64,000 bases of DNA from a virus (IMGVR_UViG_3300014205_000002:1-64000); one strand, 5' to 3'. Positions 34,328 to 44,411 are shown, counted from the first letter of the stretch. The notes: generated by a model from the letters alone, not told the origin. Numbers and translations: made by a program.

Positions 34328-35461
34328 TTACTTGCGGTAGCTGATGCGGTGCGTTTCGCCGGCGATCGGCTCGTAGCCAGCGACGTACGTCAACACCGTG
34401 CCCGCGACCGAGTAGTGAACGCCCGACACCAGCGAAAGGCCGTAGGCTTCGAGGTGCGTACTCCCCGCGAGAGGGGTGAACGCCAGGGAGAAGACCAGGG
34501 TGGCCGCCGCGATCACGCCACCGGGCGTCTCGTTGTCGACGATCACGCCGTTCGCGGCGTTGTTCGCCTCCAGTGCATCGAGGCGACCGTCCAGCGCGAC
34601 GTTGATCAGGTTGAGGTTATTGTCGAGCTTGCCGATCGCAACCAGCAGGGTGTCGTTGTCGGCGACGAAGGTGTTGAATGCGTAGTTGTTCGGGGTCGCG
34701 GCAGTGATGCCGGTGCGCGCGAACAGATCGGCGGTCTGGGTGCTGCGCGTCGAGATCTCCGAGGTGAGCGAGCCCTGGGTCGTGAACAGCTGTTGGTCAA
34801 TCTTGTCGATCGCCGCGATCAGCGTGTCGCCATCAACGATATAGCGGTTGTTCGCGTAGCCGTTGGTCGCGCCCTCGACAATGCCGGCTTTTGAGTAGAT
34901 CTCAGCGATGTCCGCGAGCATCTCGGCCTCGCGTTCGGTGAAGTCCAGGCCCTGGAACTTCTTGCGGGAACGGATCTGCGAGAGTGCCGTCAAGCTCAGG
35001 CGGCTCGGCAACTCGACGACGCCGATCGTTGCGCCCATCGTGCCGGTGTTCCAGGCCACGGCTGCGGGGGCCGCTGTGGTCATGTCCAGCACGTCGTGGA
35101 CGGTGACGGTGTAGACGTAAGGGCCCGTGCCCGCGACGCTGGTCACGCGACCCCAGACCGGACGAGCGTTGGGCCCGATGATCGGGTCGCCGTTCGCCGT
35201 CACGAGGCCGACGTTGGCGTACTCCTTGACGGTCTCGTTCGCGGCTACCACGATGCCGGCTGCGGCCGGGCCGGAAGAGGACGCGGTCGCATCGGATACC
35301 GTGAAGGTCGTCTGCGCGGTGACGGGTGACGTGACGGCCGCCTTCTCCAGCGGGCCGACCTCGAAGATGCGGTTGAGGATCTCGTCCATCGCCACGGCCT
35401 TGAGGACGCCGATGGGAACCGAATCGGGAAGAAGGCGGTGACCGCCGAGCAAGCCTGCCAT
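34328..35461 (-). CDS. putative fibre/appendage protein with internal repeat
   Basis: YANNRYIVDGDTLIAAIDKIDQQL and YAFNTFVADNDTLLVAIGKLDNNL. Confidence 0.7.
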   Translation of the reverse strand: MAGLLGGHRLLPDSVPIGVLKAVAMDEILNRIFEVGPLEKAAVTSPVTAQTTFTVSDATASSSGPAAAGIVVAANETVKEYANVGLVTANGDPIIGPNARPVWGRVTSVAGTGPYVYTVTVHDVLDMTTAAPAAVAWNTGTMGATIGVVELPSRLSLTALSQIRSRKKFQGLDFTEREAEMLADIAEIYSKAGIVEGATNGYANNRYIVDGDTLIAAIDKIDQQLFTTQGSLTSEISTRSTQTADLFARTGITAATPNNYAFNTFVADNDTLLVAIGKLDNNLNLINVALDGRLDALEANNAANGVIVDNETPGGVIAAATLVFSLAFTPLAGSTHLEAYGLSLVSGVHYSVAGTVLTYVAGYEPIAGETHRISYRK

Positions 35462-35494
35462 GATGGAATCTCCTTGTGGAAGAGGGTCGGGGAA

Positions 35495-36493
35495 CTAGTT
35501 GCGCCAGAGGTATTGAACGAAGACCTGTTCCCCCACGATCGGCTTCTGGCCGGGGAGAATCGTGATGGTGTTGTTGATCCAGGTGAAATGCTCGTTCGGA
35601 TGCAATTCCAGGGTGCCGGCGACGAAGACGCGCGGCACGGTGCCGGTGTCGATGTCGTGGGCGAGGGTAAACGTGCCGTTGCCGTTGAAGCCGTCGGTCG
35701 AGTCGACGACGCCGGCCGCTGGCTGGGTGGCGATGAAAAGATCGAGCTGGGATACGACCGTGCTCTGGTCGTCGGATCCGCGCTGGAACTCGATAATCTC
35801 GACGACCTCGCCGGCCTCGCGGGGCTCGGTGAACTCGATCTGGGTAGCAGAAAGCTCCTCCCAGTGGACGCCCTTGCTCTGAATCAGGCCGCCGGAACTA
35901 ACCAGCAGATGGTGGATGCCGGTCTGGTAAGGCTCCGGCAGGGTGATCACGGTCTCGCCGCCCAGCATCGTCTGCGGCGGATGCACCTTGATGCGGGCCG
36001 CCTGGAGGTCGAGCGTCGCCAGCGCGCCGGTGATCGCCGAGAGCTGGGTCGCGATGTCGTAGCCGTCGACCTGGTTGAGGTTGCCGTTGATGTTGACGTT
36101 GCCGTTGATGGTGACGGTGCCGTCCTCGTCGACGGCGAACAGATCGGTGATGCCGGCGTTCGAGCGAATAAAGAAGCGCGTGCCAGTCTGGTTGGCGTTG
36201 CGATCGAGCATGACCCCGAAGCCCTGGGTGGACTCGAACACGATGTCCACGTCGCCAGCTCCGACGACGGTGCCGGCGGTCAGGCCGCCGGTGATCTCGA
36301 CGTCGCCGATGATCTTGAGCGCGCCGCCGGTCTCAAGATCCCCGTCCCCGTTGAGCCGCACGAGCATCCCCGCAGATGCGGCCGTGCCTAGGATGGCCGG
36401 AGTCGCCACCTTGAGACCGTGGACCTCCTCGGCGTCAGTCATGACCCGGTGGATGTGGTTCAGCGTGTAGACTTCCAGTTCGACTTCCAGCAT
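35495..36493 (-). CDS. putative fibre/appendage protein
   Basis: Repeat unit shared with 36504-39128; two C-terminal beta modules. Confidence 0.7.
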   Translation of the reverse strand: MLEVELEVYTLNHIHRVMTDAEEVHGLKVATPAILGTAASAGMLVRLNGDGDLETGGALKIIGDVEITGGLTAGTVVGAGDVDIVFESTQGFGVMLDRNANQTGTRFFIRSNAGITDLFAVDEDGTVTINGNVNINGNLNQVDGYDIATQLSAITGALATLDLQAARIKVHPPQTMLGGETVITLPEPYQTGIHHLLVSSGGLIQSKGVHWEELSATQIEFTEPREAGEVVEIIEFQRGSDDQSTVVSQLDLFIATQPAAGVVDSTDGFNGNGTFTLAHDIDTGTVPRVFVAGTLELHPNEHFTWINNTITILPGQKPIVGEQVFVQYLWRN

Positions 36494-36503
36494 CGTTTCT
36501 CTC

Positions 36504-39128
36504 CTACGCCACGTTCTTGTCGCAGCCGATCAGCTCGCCGTTGACGTCGTAGCTGAAACTCTCGGTGATGGTCCTGCCGCCGATGGTCGTCACCCGCGTC
36601 GCCACCCGATTGAGTGGGCCATAGGTGTAGGTGCGCTGCCGAACTTGCGTCACCCCGTCGCTGACCGTGGCCGTTGCTATCCGGCCCTGGGGATCCTTGG
36701 CGACCACCGTGCTGCGCGTGTCGATCGCCGCAACGATCGCCTTGAGGTAGGCCACGTCGGTCCCCGCATCGCCCAGATGAACGTCGCCGGCCAGCGTGGT
36801 CTCGCCGTCGATCACGATGTCGCCGGCGACGAAGGTGTCGCCGTTCTCGTAGACGGCGAACAGATCGAAGGAATCAACGCCGTCCTTGCGGATGGCGAAC
36901 CGACCGTCGGTCCCTGTGTCGTCGGCATCGAGCATGACGATCGCGTGGCGCTGTGTGTGCAGGCGCGTGTCGCTGCCGACGAAGTGCAGGTAGTGGTTGG
37001 TGAGGTTGCGCCCCACGAAGTGGTCCTGGCCGTTGACGACGTTGCCCGCATGGGTCAGCCCGCCGTACAACGTCATCCCAAGCGTGTCGAGTACGGCGAC
37101 GGTGTCGCCCTCGCTGCGCAGATGCAAGGCCCCGCCGACGAGGCCGATGGTCCAGGTGAAGTCGGCGTTGTCGCTCTCGACGAGCTGGAGGTGGTCGGCG
37201 AGCCCGCGCAGGATCGCGGGCCCCGTGACGTCGAGGCCGTCGCCGAAGGTGCCCTTGCCGGCCATCTCCGCATCACCCTGCTCGGTCACGAAGAAGACGT
37301 CGACGTCGCCTCCGTTGCGCACGATGAAGCGCGCCGTGTCGGGGGTGATCAGCTCGTCGTCGTCGAGGTCGATCACCACCGCGCGATTCGAGGTCAGATA
37401 CAGATCGCCGCCGGAGCCGGAGGCCGAGAGCGAGCGCGCGAACATGAGCCCGTCTGGCGTGACGTAGAACAGATCGTCGCCGCCGGAGTCGCGCAGATGG
37501 ATCGGGTTGCGCGTCTGGCCTGCGGCCGCGTCGATCACGAGGCCCGCATCGGCTGCGAGGCCGAGCGATAGACCGCCCGCTCCAGGGTCGACTAGGCTGG
37601 TAAGTGAACCCCCGAGCCGGAGGCCCTTGGCGTGGATCTCCTGCGCGTTGCTCGCCCAGTCGCGCACGGTCAGCGGCGACTGGGCGAACATCGAGCCCGA
37701 GAACTTGTGCGATCCCAGAACCTCCAGCGTGCCGTCTTCCTTGAGCGTGAAGATCCGCGTGCCGACGCCGTTATTTACCGCGAACTCGGCGATGCCGTTG
37801 TTGTTCGCGTCGAGGTTGATGATCAGGCCATGGCGGCTCGTGACGGTGAAGTCATCCTCGCCAGTGTCGTCCTGGACGATGCCTGAGCGGACCGTCAGCG
37901 CGCCGTCGAGCGTCAGGCCACCGGTGGCCATGTCGAAGGTGGCGCGCACGGCGGGAACGCCCGTCGCGTCGATCAGCTGGAGCAGATTGTCTTGCAGACG
38001 TGCGCGCACCTTGCGGGTGGACGCGACAGAGTCGGTGTCCTCCCAGACCAGGCCCGGCGTCGCACCCTGGAGCGTAAGTTCACCCTGGGCCGTCAGTGCG
38101 CCGTCGCGGGAAACCACGACCATTCCGTTAAAGAGGTCGACGGAGCCTGCGGTGGCGGCGTTCTCGCGCTGGAGGTAGAGCGCGGAGCTGGCGGCCGCCC
38201 GGATGGACAGGTCGGACGCATCGGCGACAATCGCCGGATCAGCGCCCGTGAAGACGAGGTTGTCTCCCTCGACCCAGAAGTCGCCGGCGACGCCCATGCC
38301 GTGGCTCGCGCGCCAGCGATCGAGGCCCTCCATCCACATAAAGGAGGCCGTCGCCTGGTTGCCGCGGTTGATCTCGACGCCGGCGTCTTCGGTGGGTGGG
38401 TTGAGCGCTGGCAGATCGCTGTTCAGCGTGATCAGGTTGTCGCCGATCAGGAGCTGCTGCGTCTCGATCTGCGTGACCTGTCCGTTACTGATGAACAGCT
38501 GACCGTTGACGACCACGTCGCTGTTGAATGTTGAGGTGCCCTCGACATTCAACATGCCGAGGATGTGGACGTCGCTCGCGAACTCGGCCAGGCCGCCGAA
38601 CGCGACCCCCGCCTCAAAGACAGTCCTGGTCGCCACCCGGATGGTGGGATCGGCGGGCGTGTAGGAGAGCGAGTCATAGTCCCACTCGCCGACGACCAGC
38701 TCGGTCGCCGGGTGCAAGTAGCCGGCCTTGTCGCGCACGGCGAGCTCGCCCGTCACGTCCACGACCAGATACTGGTTGACGACGCCGAACTCTTCCTCCC
38801 AGCCAATCCAGCTCACGCGGCGGCCAAGCTGATAAGCCGCGCCGCCGGTCAGCGCGATCCGGCGGGTGACGACATTCACGGGGCCGTCGAAGGCCTCGAT
38901 CACGAAGCGATCGGCGTACAGCTCCCGATTGGAGGCGACCAGCGCAACGTCGATGTTGCGCCGACCGTCATCCAACCTGGAGAATAGCCCCTTGTAGAGG
39001 CTCTGGCGCTGATTAAAAGTATCGGCGTCGACGCGCTCGCCGTCGGCGTAGTCCAGCAGATCCATCGGATCGCCGTACGCGCGGTTATCAAGCTCGTCGA
39101 TGTAGGTCTGCTGGTCGGTGGTGTACAT
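36504..39128 (-). CDS. long tail fibre protein
   Basis: IGDNLITLN...DAGVEINRG fibre motif; three LD..RF..F.V.E.G repeats; YD-like C-terminus. Confidence 0.75.
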   Translation of the reverse strand: MYTTDQQTYIDELDNRAYGDPMDLLDYADGERVDADTFNQRQSLYKGLFSRLDDGRRNIDVALVASNRELYADRFVIEAFDGPVNVVTRRIALTGGAAYQLGRRVSWIGWEEEFGVVNQYLVVDVTGELAVRDKAGYLHPATELVVGEWDYDSLSYTPADPTIRVATRTVFEAGVAFGGLAEFASDVHILGMLNVEGTSTFNSDVVVNGQLFISNGQVTQIETQQLLIGDNLITLNSDLPALNPPTEDAGVEINRGNQATASFMWMEGLDRWRASHGMGVAGDFWVEGDNLVFTGADPAIVADASDLSIRAAASSALYLQRENAATAGSVDLFNGMVVVSRDGALTAQGELTLQGATPGLVWEDTDSVASTRKVRARLQDNLLQLIDATGVPAVRATFDMATGGLTLDGALTVRSGIVQDDTGEDDFTVTSRHGLIINLDANNNGIAEFAVNNGVGTRIFTLKEDGTLEVLGSHKFSGSMFAQSPLTVRDWASNAQEIHAKGLRLGGSLTSLVDPGAGGLSLGLAADAGLVIDAAAGQTRNPIHLRDSGGDDLFYVTPDGLMFARSLSASGSGGDLYLTSNRAVVIDLDDDELITPDTARFIVRNGGDVDVFFVTEQGDAEMAGKGTFGDGLDVTGPAILRGLADHLQLVESDNADFTWTIGLVGGALHLRSEGDTVAVLDTLGMTLYGGLTHAGNVVNGQDHFVGRNLTNHYLHFVGSDTRLHTQRHAIVMLDADDTGTDGRFAIRKDGVDSFDLFAVYENGDTFVAGDIVIDGETTLAGDVHLGDAGTDVAYLKAIVAAIDTRSTVVAKDPQGRIATATVSDGVTQVRQRTYTYGPLNRVATRVTTIGGRTITESFSYDVNGELIGCDKNVA

Positions 39129-39137
39129 GCGCGACCT

Positions 39138-39536
39138 CTACGAAACGCCCCTGGAGACCGACTGGATCTCCAGAGTGTTGCCGACGTAGATGAATGTGTC
39201 CTCAATGGCCTTGCCGCCGATCAGGACCGTGCGCTGACCCACCCGGCCGAGGGCGTCGAGGGCGTAGCTCTTGTCCTTGATGACGTCGAGCCCATCCTTC
39301 TCGGTGAGGCCGGTGAGGCGGGCGTTGCCGTCGAATACCAGCGAGCGCTGGCGGGTGTCGGCGCTCTCGCTGGCCGCGATCAACAGCAGGACGTCGTTGT
39401 CCTCGGTGCCGAGGGTCGGCGGCGGATCGCCCACGGCTGGATCGGCGAAGACCAGGCCGCCGACGTTGAAAAGCGTCTGGCCTTGGCAGTCCAGCGGTTC
39501 GTCGATATTCAGCTGCTTGGAACGAATGCCACTCAC
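39138..39536 (-). CDS. small protein with YD-like C-terminal module
   Basis: GGAGG RBS and GTG start; C-terminus similar to that of 36504-39128. Confidence 0.65.
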   Translation of the reverse strand: MSGIRSKQLNIDEPLDCQGQTLFNVGGLVFADPAVGDPPPTLGTEDNDVLLLIAASESADTRQRSLVFDGNARLTGLTEKDGLDVIKDKSYALDALGRVGQRTVLIGGKAIEDTFIYVGNTLEIQSVSRGVS

Positions 39537-39550
39537 GGCGCGCCTCCCCT

Positions 39551-39571
39551 GCTTCCGAGGTTATTATAGGG
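39551..39571 (-). promoter_or_regulatory. extended TATAATA promoter heading the fibre operon
   Basis: Identical to 30791-30811. Confidence 0.8.
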
Positions 39572-39596
39572 AGGCGGCGGGAACGTTCACGGGCGG

Positions 39597-40064
39597 CTAG
39601 AACGCCTTGTCCATCACGATCCGCTGGAGCACGGTGGCGCTCTGGTAGTAGCCACCGGGGCTGACGATTACCACGAGCTGAAAGTTGTTCGTCAGTAGCG
39701 GCATCTCGCCCGGCCCGAAGACCCGCGTCGACAGATCGACATAGCTCTTGGTCAACTCGTAGCTGAGGCCCTGGCCTTCCAGCACGACCTTGAGCAGGGT
39801 GAGATCGTAGGGGTAGGTCACGGCGGGGAAGGTGATGCGCCCATCAACCAGGGAAAGCGCGTCCACCGAGAGCCGATCGGCCTCGGTGACGATCGCCGAC
39901 GACTTGACCTGCACCTCCTCGCCCAGGCCGAAGTGCAGGTAGCGGCGATCGCTGAGCACCTGGATGATCGCCTTGACGCTGGCCGACATCGTGCGCGAGA
40001 AGTTCATCTTCTGTTCGGCATGGCCGAGCATGTTCAGCATCAGGGTTTGGAAAAACTCGAACAT
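39597..40064 (-). CDS. hypothetical protein
   Basis: GGAGG RBS at the end of the upstream gene. Confidence 0.65.
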   Translation of the reverse strand: MFEFFQTLMLNMLGHAEQKMNFSRTMSASVKAIIQVLSDRRYLHFGLGEEVQVKSSAIVTEADRLSVDALSLVDGRITFPAVTYPYDLTLLKVVLEGQGLSYELTKSYVDLSTRVFGPGEMPLLTNNFQLVVIVSPGGYYQSATVLQRIVMDKAF

Positions 40065-40067
40065 CGG

Positions 40068-40628
40068 CTAGTCCTCCAGGGACGCGAGGTAGAGGGCGGC
40101 GGCGTACTTGAGCCGGGGTTGGCCCGGCGGCAGATCGGGCGTGGGTGATTCCGGCGGCAGCGGCGAGGGCGCGGCTTTGGGCGCGACCATGTCGACGACG
40201 CTCTTGATGCCGAGGGCATTCCCGCCGATCACCAGCGCCCGCTGAGGGGTGATCACGCTGGGGCGCTTCGTGTTCACGCCGAGCACGCTCAGGGGCAGCT
40301 TCGCGAGCCCCGGCAGCTTTGACGCATCCATCGGGATCCCCAGGCCCGAGCCGAAGTCCTTGTCGAGAAAGCGCTCGACGGCACCCTCGCCCTTCGCGCC
40401 ACTCAGCGAGACCTTGCGGCCCGCATTGTAGATGCGCTGGGACATCTGTGAACGCAGGCCGTTTCCGTTGAAGCGGCTACCGGTCCGTCCCAGGCCGAGT
40501 CCGACGGCGCGACCCAGCATCTTGATTCCACCGCCGACGATACCGGCGAGGCCCGGCGCGCCGGCGATGCCTGCGGCAATCTGGGCGACCCCCCCCAGCA
40601 GCGCAGCTTTTTCCAGATTCTCGTTCAT
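40068..40628 (-). CDS. glycine-zipper putative internal head protein
   Basis: MNENLEKAA at the N-terminus and LKYAAA at the C-terminus; G/A-rich helices. Confidence 0.65.
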   Translation of the reverse strand: MNENLEKAALLGGVAQIAAGIAGAPGLAGIVGGGIKMLGRAVGLGLGRTGSRFNGNGLRSQMSQRIYNAGRKVSLSGAKGEGAVERFLDKDFGSGLGIPMDASKLPGLAKLPLSVLGVNTKRPSVITPQRALVIGGNALGIKSVVDMVAPKAAPSPLPPESPTPDLPPGQPRLKYAAALYLASLED

Positions 40629-41704
40629 GCGGTGATCCTCGCCTTTCTCAACAGGATTGCCAGAACAGCATCGGCGATGCGACCGCTGACGGCGGCCCTG
40701 GTCTCAAGCTCGCCGTCCCGCCCGCGCTGCACATAGAAGCGCGGAAGATCCAGCAGGTGGTGGTAGGCCCAGTCGACCAGGTCGTAGGGCACCTCGAAGA
40801 TCTGGGCGATCGCCGCCCCGACCACGGCGCGATCGAGGGCCAAGCGCAGGGGCTCCCCCTCGCGCAGCTCAATTGACAGAATGTGGCCCTCGACAGACGC
40901 CCCCGTGATGCGCTCGGCGAGCTTGGTCTCGATCGCCTTGTAGAACTCGCCCTCGCGGCGGTAGATCGAGAAGTCGTCGGGCAGGTACGGCGAGAAGTCG
41001 AGCCCGGTCTCCGCCCGGATGCGCTGAATCACCGCCATGCGCTGGAGTGAGACCATCGGTGTGATCAGCGCAGTGAAGCGCCCAGCCACGACGGAGACGC
41101 CCAGGTTGTCGTTGTGCATCCGTACGACCACCTGGGTGACGTACTCGACCACCGGCAGGCCGTCTATCTCGACGTTCAGGCCGAAGCGGGCGAGGGCAAT
41201 CATCTGCTCGACCCAGGCGGGATCGGTGCCCTTCACGTTGACGATCGGCGTCGCGCGCCGAATGGCCTTGATCATCCAGGGCCGCATCTCCGAGATGGCG
41301 ATCACGTTGCCATGCTTCATGACGAACTCCTCGTCGTCCGTCAGGACCATGCTCGGATGCTTGCGCTTGAGGCGATCGCCCCCGAAGACGCCGCCCTGTC
41401 GCCTGGAGCGTGAGCCCGCGAGCAGCACGCGCTTGCGCGCGGAGAGGCCGCCTTCGTCCTTGAAACCGACGATCCGGATGTGCGAGAGCTCGCCGTGCTC
41501 GCCCAGATAGGGGAAGACCGCGCCGGGGAACTCCGGCAGCGCACGCACCAGGGTGGGGCCGCAGTTCTGCTCGCCGAAATGCCGGCTGGCATACCAGCCG
41601 ACATCCAGTGCATCCGCATAGGCGTAGCCGGCCAGGCAGTCAGGATGGTACTCCTTGACCACCTCTACCGTGCGCCGCCAAAGCGTGTGGACGGGATTCT
41701 TCAT
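40625..41704 (-). CDS. hypothetical protein, faint primase/TOPRIM-like resemblance
   Basis: VFPY..HG...GVFG...MVLTDDE; canonical catalytic motifs not clear. Confidence 0.55.
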   Translation of the reverse strand: MKNPVHTLWRRTVEVVKEYHPDCLAGYAYADALDVGWYASRHFGEQNCGPTLVRALPEFPGAVFPYLGEHGELSHIRIVGFKDEGGLSARKRVLLAGSRSRRQGGVFGGDRLKRKHPSMVLTDDEEFVMKHGNVIAISEMRPWMIKAIRRATPIVNVKGTDPAWVEQMIALARFGLNVEIDGLPVVEYVTQVVVRMHNDNLGVSVVAGRFTALITPMVSLQRMAVIQRIRAETGLDFSPYLPDDFSIYRREGEFYKAIETKLAERITGASVEGHILSIELREGEPLRLALDRAVVGAAIAQIFEVPYDLVDWAYHHLLDLPRFYVQRGRDGELETRAAVSGRIADAVLAILLRKARITA

Positions 41705-41765
41705 GCGGGACTACCGGGTAGACGAGCGTGGGCGATCGGTACTACCATAGTGGATGCACCACGGG

Positions 41766-41772
41766 TATTATA
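41766..41772 (-). promoter_or_regulatory. TATAATA phage promoter
   Basis: GTATAATACCC about 60 nt upstream of 41704. Confidence 0.6.
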
Positions 41773-41795
41773 CGTCTGGAAGGCGGTGACCCCGC

Positions 41796-42254
41796 ATGCC
41801 CTACGACGAAACCGGCTACGATCTGTATCTCGTCACCCGCGCGAAGGCCCCCGAACCCCCCGGTCGCCTTGCGGTCATTGCGATGGGCGGCCTGGATGCG
41901 TATGGCGAGACCGTCGTTCAGCATGTAGAAGAGGTGGATCGCCCCACGCTCCTGCTCGCTCAGTACGAAGCGGCGATCGTGGGGCTTGAGCAGGCGGTGC
42001 GCCGCGGCGCACAGATTGTCGAGCTGCTTGTCGACTCGCCCGTTCTGCTGGCCCAGTACCTCTCGACGGAGACGCCGGCCGATCCAAGCGTCGCCAAGGC
42101 GCTCATTCGGCTGCGCTGGCTCGCCCGCGGATTCAACAAGCTCGTAGTGAGCGCGAATCCCGCCCCCGACACCCCCCACGGCGTGCCCGCGCACCTGATC
42201 GACTTCTGTCGCGTCAAGCGCCAGGAGCAGGATGCGGCCGTCCTAGCCCCCTAG
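41796..42254 (+). CDS. RNase H-like protein, degenerate
   Basis: AQYEAAIVGLEQA...LLVDSPVLLAQ. Confidence 0.55.
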   Translation: MPYDETGYDLYLVTRAKAPEPPGRLAVIAMGGLDAYGETVVQHVEEVDRPTLLLAQYEAAIVGLEQAVRRGAQIVELLVDSPVLLAQYLSTETPADPSVAKALIRLRWLARGFNKLVVSANPAPDTPHGVPAHLIDFCRVKRQEQDAAVLAP

Positions 42255-42263
42255 GAGATCCGA

Positions 42264-42749
42264 GTGAACAGCTACCACATCACGAGCAAAGGCACCGCCG
42301 CGACCACCGAGATCACGGTATTCTCCAAGGCGGACGGCGGGATCGAGTCGATGGCGATCCCGTCTGGCAACCTCCAGGGCCTGCGCCTGGCGGTAACGTC
42401 TGAGGTCGATCGCCCGATTCTGGAAGTCTTCTTCATCGGCAACGGTCAGATCGGTGCCGACGGCCGGATCGCGAAGTTGGTCGGCCTCAACCCCCACGAC
42501 ACCCTGGACTTCTCGCTCGAAGTCGAGAAGGACGGCCAGACCTACCTCGCCGTGGTCGCGAGCGATGAATACTCGCTGCGCATCGACGGCGTGACCGTGC
42601 TCGACTCGCGCAAGAAAAACGGCGGGTTCGCGCTGAATCTCTCGGCCGACGGCTTCGGGGTCGAGTTCGCGACCTTCTTCAATCTGGTGGCTCCGGCCCC
42701 GGGCGATGCGATCGCGCAGCCCCCGCAGCCTGCGGGTGCCGGCGCATGA
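42264..42749 (+). CDS. hypothetical protein
   Basis: AGGAG RBS and GTG start. Confidence 0.65.
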   Translation: MNSYHITSKGTAATTEITVFSKADGGIESMAIPSGNLQGLRLAVTSEVDRPILEVFFIGNGQIGADGRIAKLVGLNPHDTLDFSLEVEKDGQTYLAVVASDEYSLRIDGVTVLDSRKKNGGFALNLSADGFGVEFATFFNLVAPAPGDAIAQPPQPAGAGA

Positions 42750-43444
42750 GCATCAAGACCCTGACGCCACACTACCCGACCCTCGACGCCTCGGACCTCT
42801 TTCGCCGACAGGCGACGGTCCCATTTATCGGCATGTCGATCGGCCTCAAGGCGGCTAACAAGCAGCGCCATGAGGCCGCCGGCGCGCCTGTCGCGGTGTG
42901 CTTCCACTGGAGCGCTGGCGACTGGGACGACGTCTACGACGACTACCGGTTCGGCGTGGTCTGGAACAACGTCAGTCGCCAGACCGGCCTAATCAAGACG
43001 CTCGACTGGAAAGAGAAAGAGCAGGCCGTCTGGGGTCGCAACACGGGCGTCGTGAATATTGGCTTCGCTGGCATGATGGATGCGTATCAGGACGCCGCAA
43101 GCAACCTGGTCACAGGTCCGCGCCCGCTCAACACCGACATGATCACGCTCGGAGCCCTGATCGGGGCAGAGGTCTGTGCGTGGAAGCGCATCGATCCGCG
43201 CGCCAAGATCACGGTGCCTGAGAAGCGCCCGAACGCGGACATGACCCAGCTGATTCCGACCGGCCGCATGATCAAGGTGCCGACCGTATGGGATCACGCT
43301 GGCTGGGCCAAGGTCGACGGCTACGCCCGCCATCGCTGGGACATCCATAAGTACCAGCCCGAGGTCAATAAGAGGCTCTTGGAGTTCTACGACGAACTCA
43401 AGGCCCGCACCCGCCAGTTTCAGTTTGAGACATTCCTGAAATGA
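42746..43444 (+). CDS. N-acetylmuramoyl-L-alanine amidase (amidase_2-like), putative endolysin
   Basis: FHWSAG...WGRNTGVVNIG...DH...RWD. Confidence 0.7.
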   Translation: MSIKTLTPHYPTLDASDLFRRQATVPFIGMSIGLKAANKQRHEAAGAPVAVCFHWSAGDWDDVYDDYRFGVVWNNVSRQTGLIKTLDWKEKEQAVWGRNTGVVNIGFAGMMDAYQDAASNLVTGPRPLNTDMITLGALIGAEVCAWKRIDPRAKITVPEKRPNADMTQLIPTGRMIKVPTVWDHAGWAKVDGYARHRWDIHKYQPEVNKRLLEFYDELKARTRQFQFETFLK

Positions 43445-43517
43445 TGACCAAGGACGGCAAGCTGCGCTGCCCCTGCTGCGCCAGCGATCAGGTGAACGTG
43501 ATCGGCGACGCGGCCAC

Positions 43518-44126
43518 GTGTCAGCCGTGTCTACACGTATGGACAATCTCATGAGTGCCTGGAGTTGGTGGCTGCGCTGCCTGGGTCTCGTTGGCTACAT
43601 GGCGTTCGTGTTCGCGATCGCGCCGGCCAGCGCGACCGCGGCCCGGCCGATCCACAGCAGCGGCGTCGTGATCGATACGGTCGCAATGGGCGTACATGAC
43701 GGCGACACCTTCACGATCAACCTCTACGGTCTGGTCGATCATGTCCGGCTCTGGGGCGTGGATGCGCCGGAGCTGGCTCAGGCTCCCTGGGGGAAGCGTG
43801 CGCGCGACAAGCTGGCCGCGCTCGTTGGTCGCCAGGGCGTCCGGGTCGAGGTGCGCAGCGCGGCTCGACCTCGGGACGGCTACGGGCGCATCCTCGCACT
43901 GGTGTACCTGCCGGACGGCACCTGCGTGCAGCACGAGCTTCTGAGGGAAGGCCTCGCGCTCACCGCCGACTACGGGGACGCGCTCCCCACCTGGGACACC
44001 ATGTGCCTGCTGGAAGACTCGGCCAAGCGCTTACGTAAGGGGGTATGGGGCGATCCCTTGTTCGTGGTCCCCAAGGCCTACCGCCGCAACCACGGCGTCG
44101 GCCGCCTCGTGGGTGGCAACCACTAG
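43518..44126 (+). CDS. thermonuclease (SNase-like) with N-terminal hydrophobic segment
   Basis: DGDT, VRLWGVDAPE, DGYGRILA, LLREGLA, KGVWG; start uncertain. Confidence 0.9.
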   Translation: MSAVSTRMDNLMSAWSWWLRCLGLVGYMAFVFAIAPASATAARPIHSSGVVIDTVAMGVHDGDTFTINLYGLVDHVRLWGVDAPELAQAPWGKRARDKLAALVGRQGVRVEVRSAARPRDGYGRILALVYLPDGTCVQHELLREGLALTADYGDALPTWDTMCLLEDSAKRLRKGVWGDPLFVVPKAYRRNHGVGRLVGGNH

Positions 44127-44384
44127 GCTCTCGGGGACCGCATGAACCTGGACGGTCGCGAGGTCGTCGCTGAGGTAAGCCAGCAGAAGCGCCAGTTCCC
44201 TGAGTGCCGTCTTCGCGGTCTCGATATGAACGGGGTCTACCAGAACCGGTAGACCCCGTTCAGCCAGGTACGCGCGGAAGGTCTCGACGTCGGAGACCGT
44301 GTTGACCAACTCCAGATAGCAGCCATTCATGCTGTGACGCAAGAAGGTTTCGCTCTTGGGGTTGAAGATGTGTTCTTTGTTCAT
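44031..44384 (-). CDS. hypothetical protein
   Basis: GAGG RBS; 3' end overlaps the convergent nuclease gene. Confidence 0.45.
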   Translation of the reverse strand: MNKEHIFNPKSETFLRHSMNGCYLELVNTVSDVETFRAYLAERGLPVLVDPVHIETAKTALRELALLLAYLSDDLATVQVHAVPESLVVATHEAADAVVAAVGLGDHEQGIAPYPLT

Positions 44385-44411
44385 GGTGCCTCGTGGGTTA
44401 AGTCATCCGCG

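Noticed and set aside
40625-41704. Firm DNA primase call
   Set aside because: No Zn finger and no clear EG..D / DxD TOPRIM motifs
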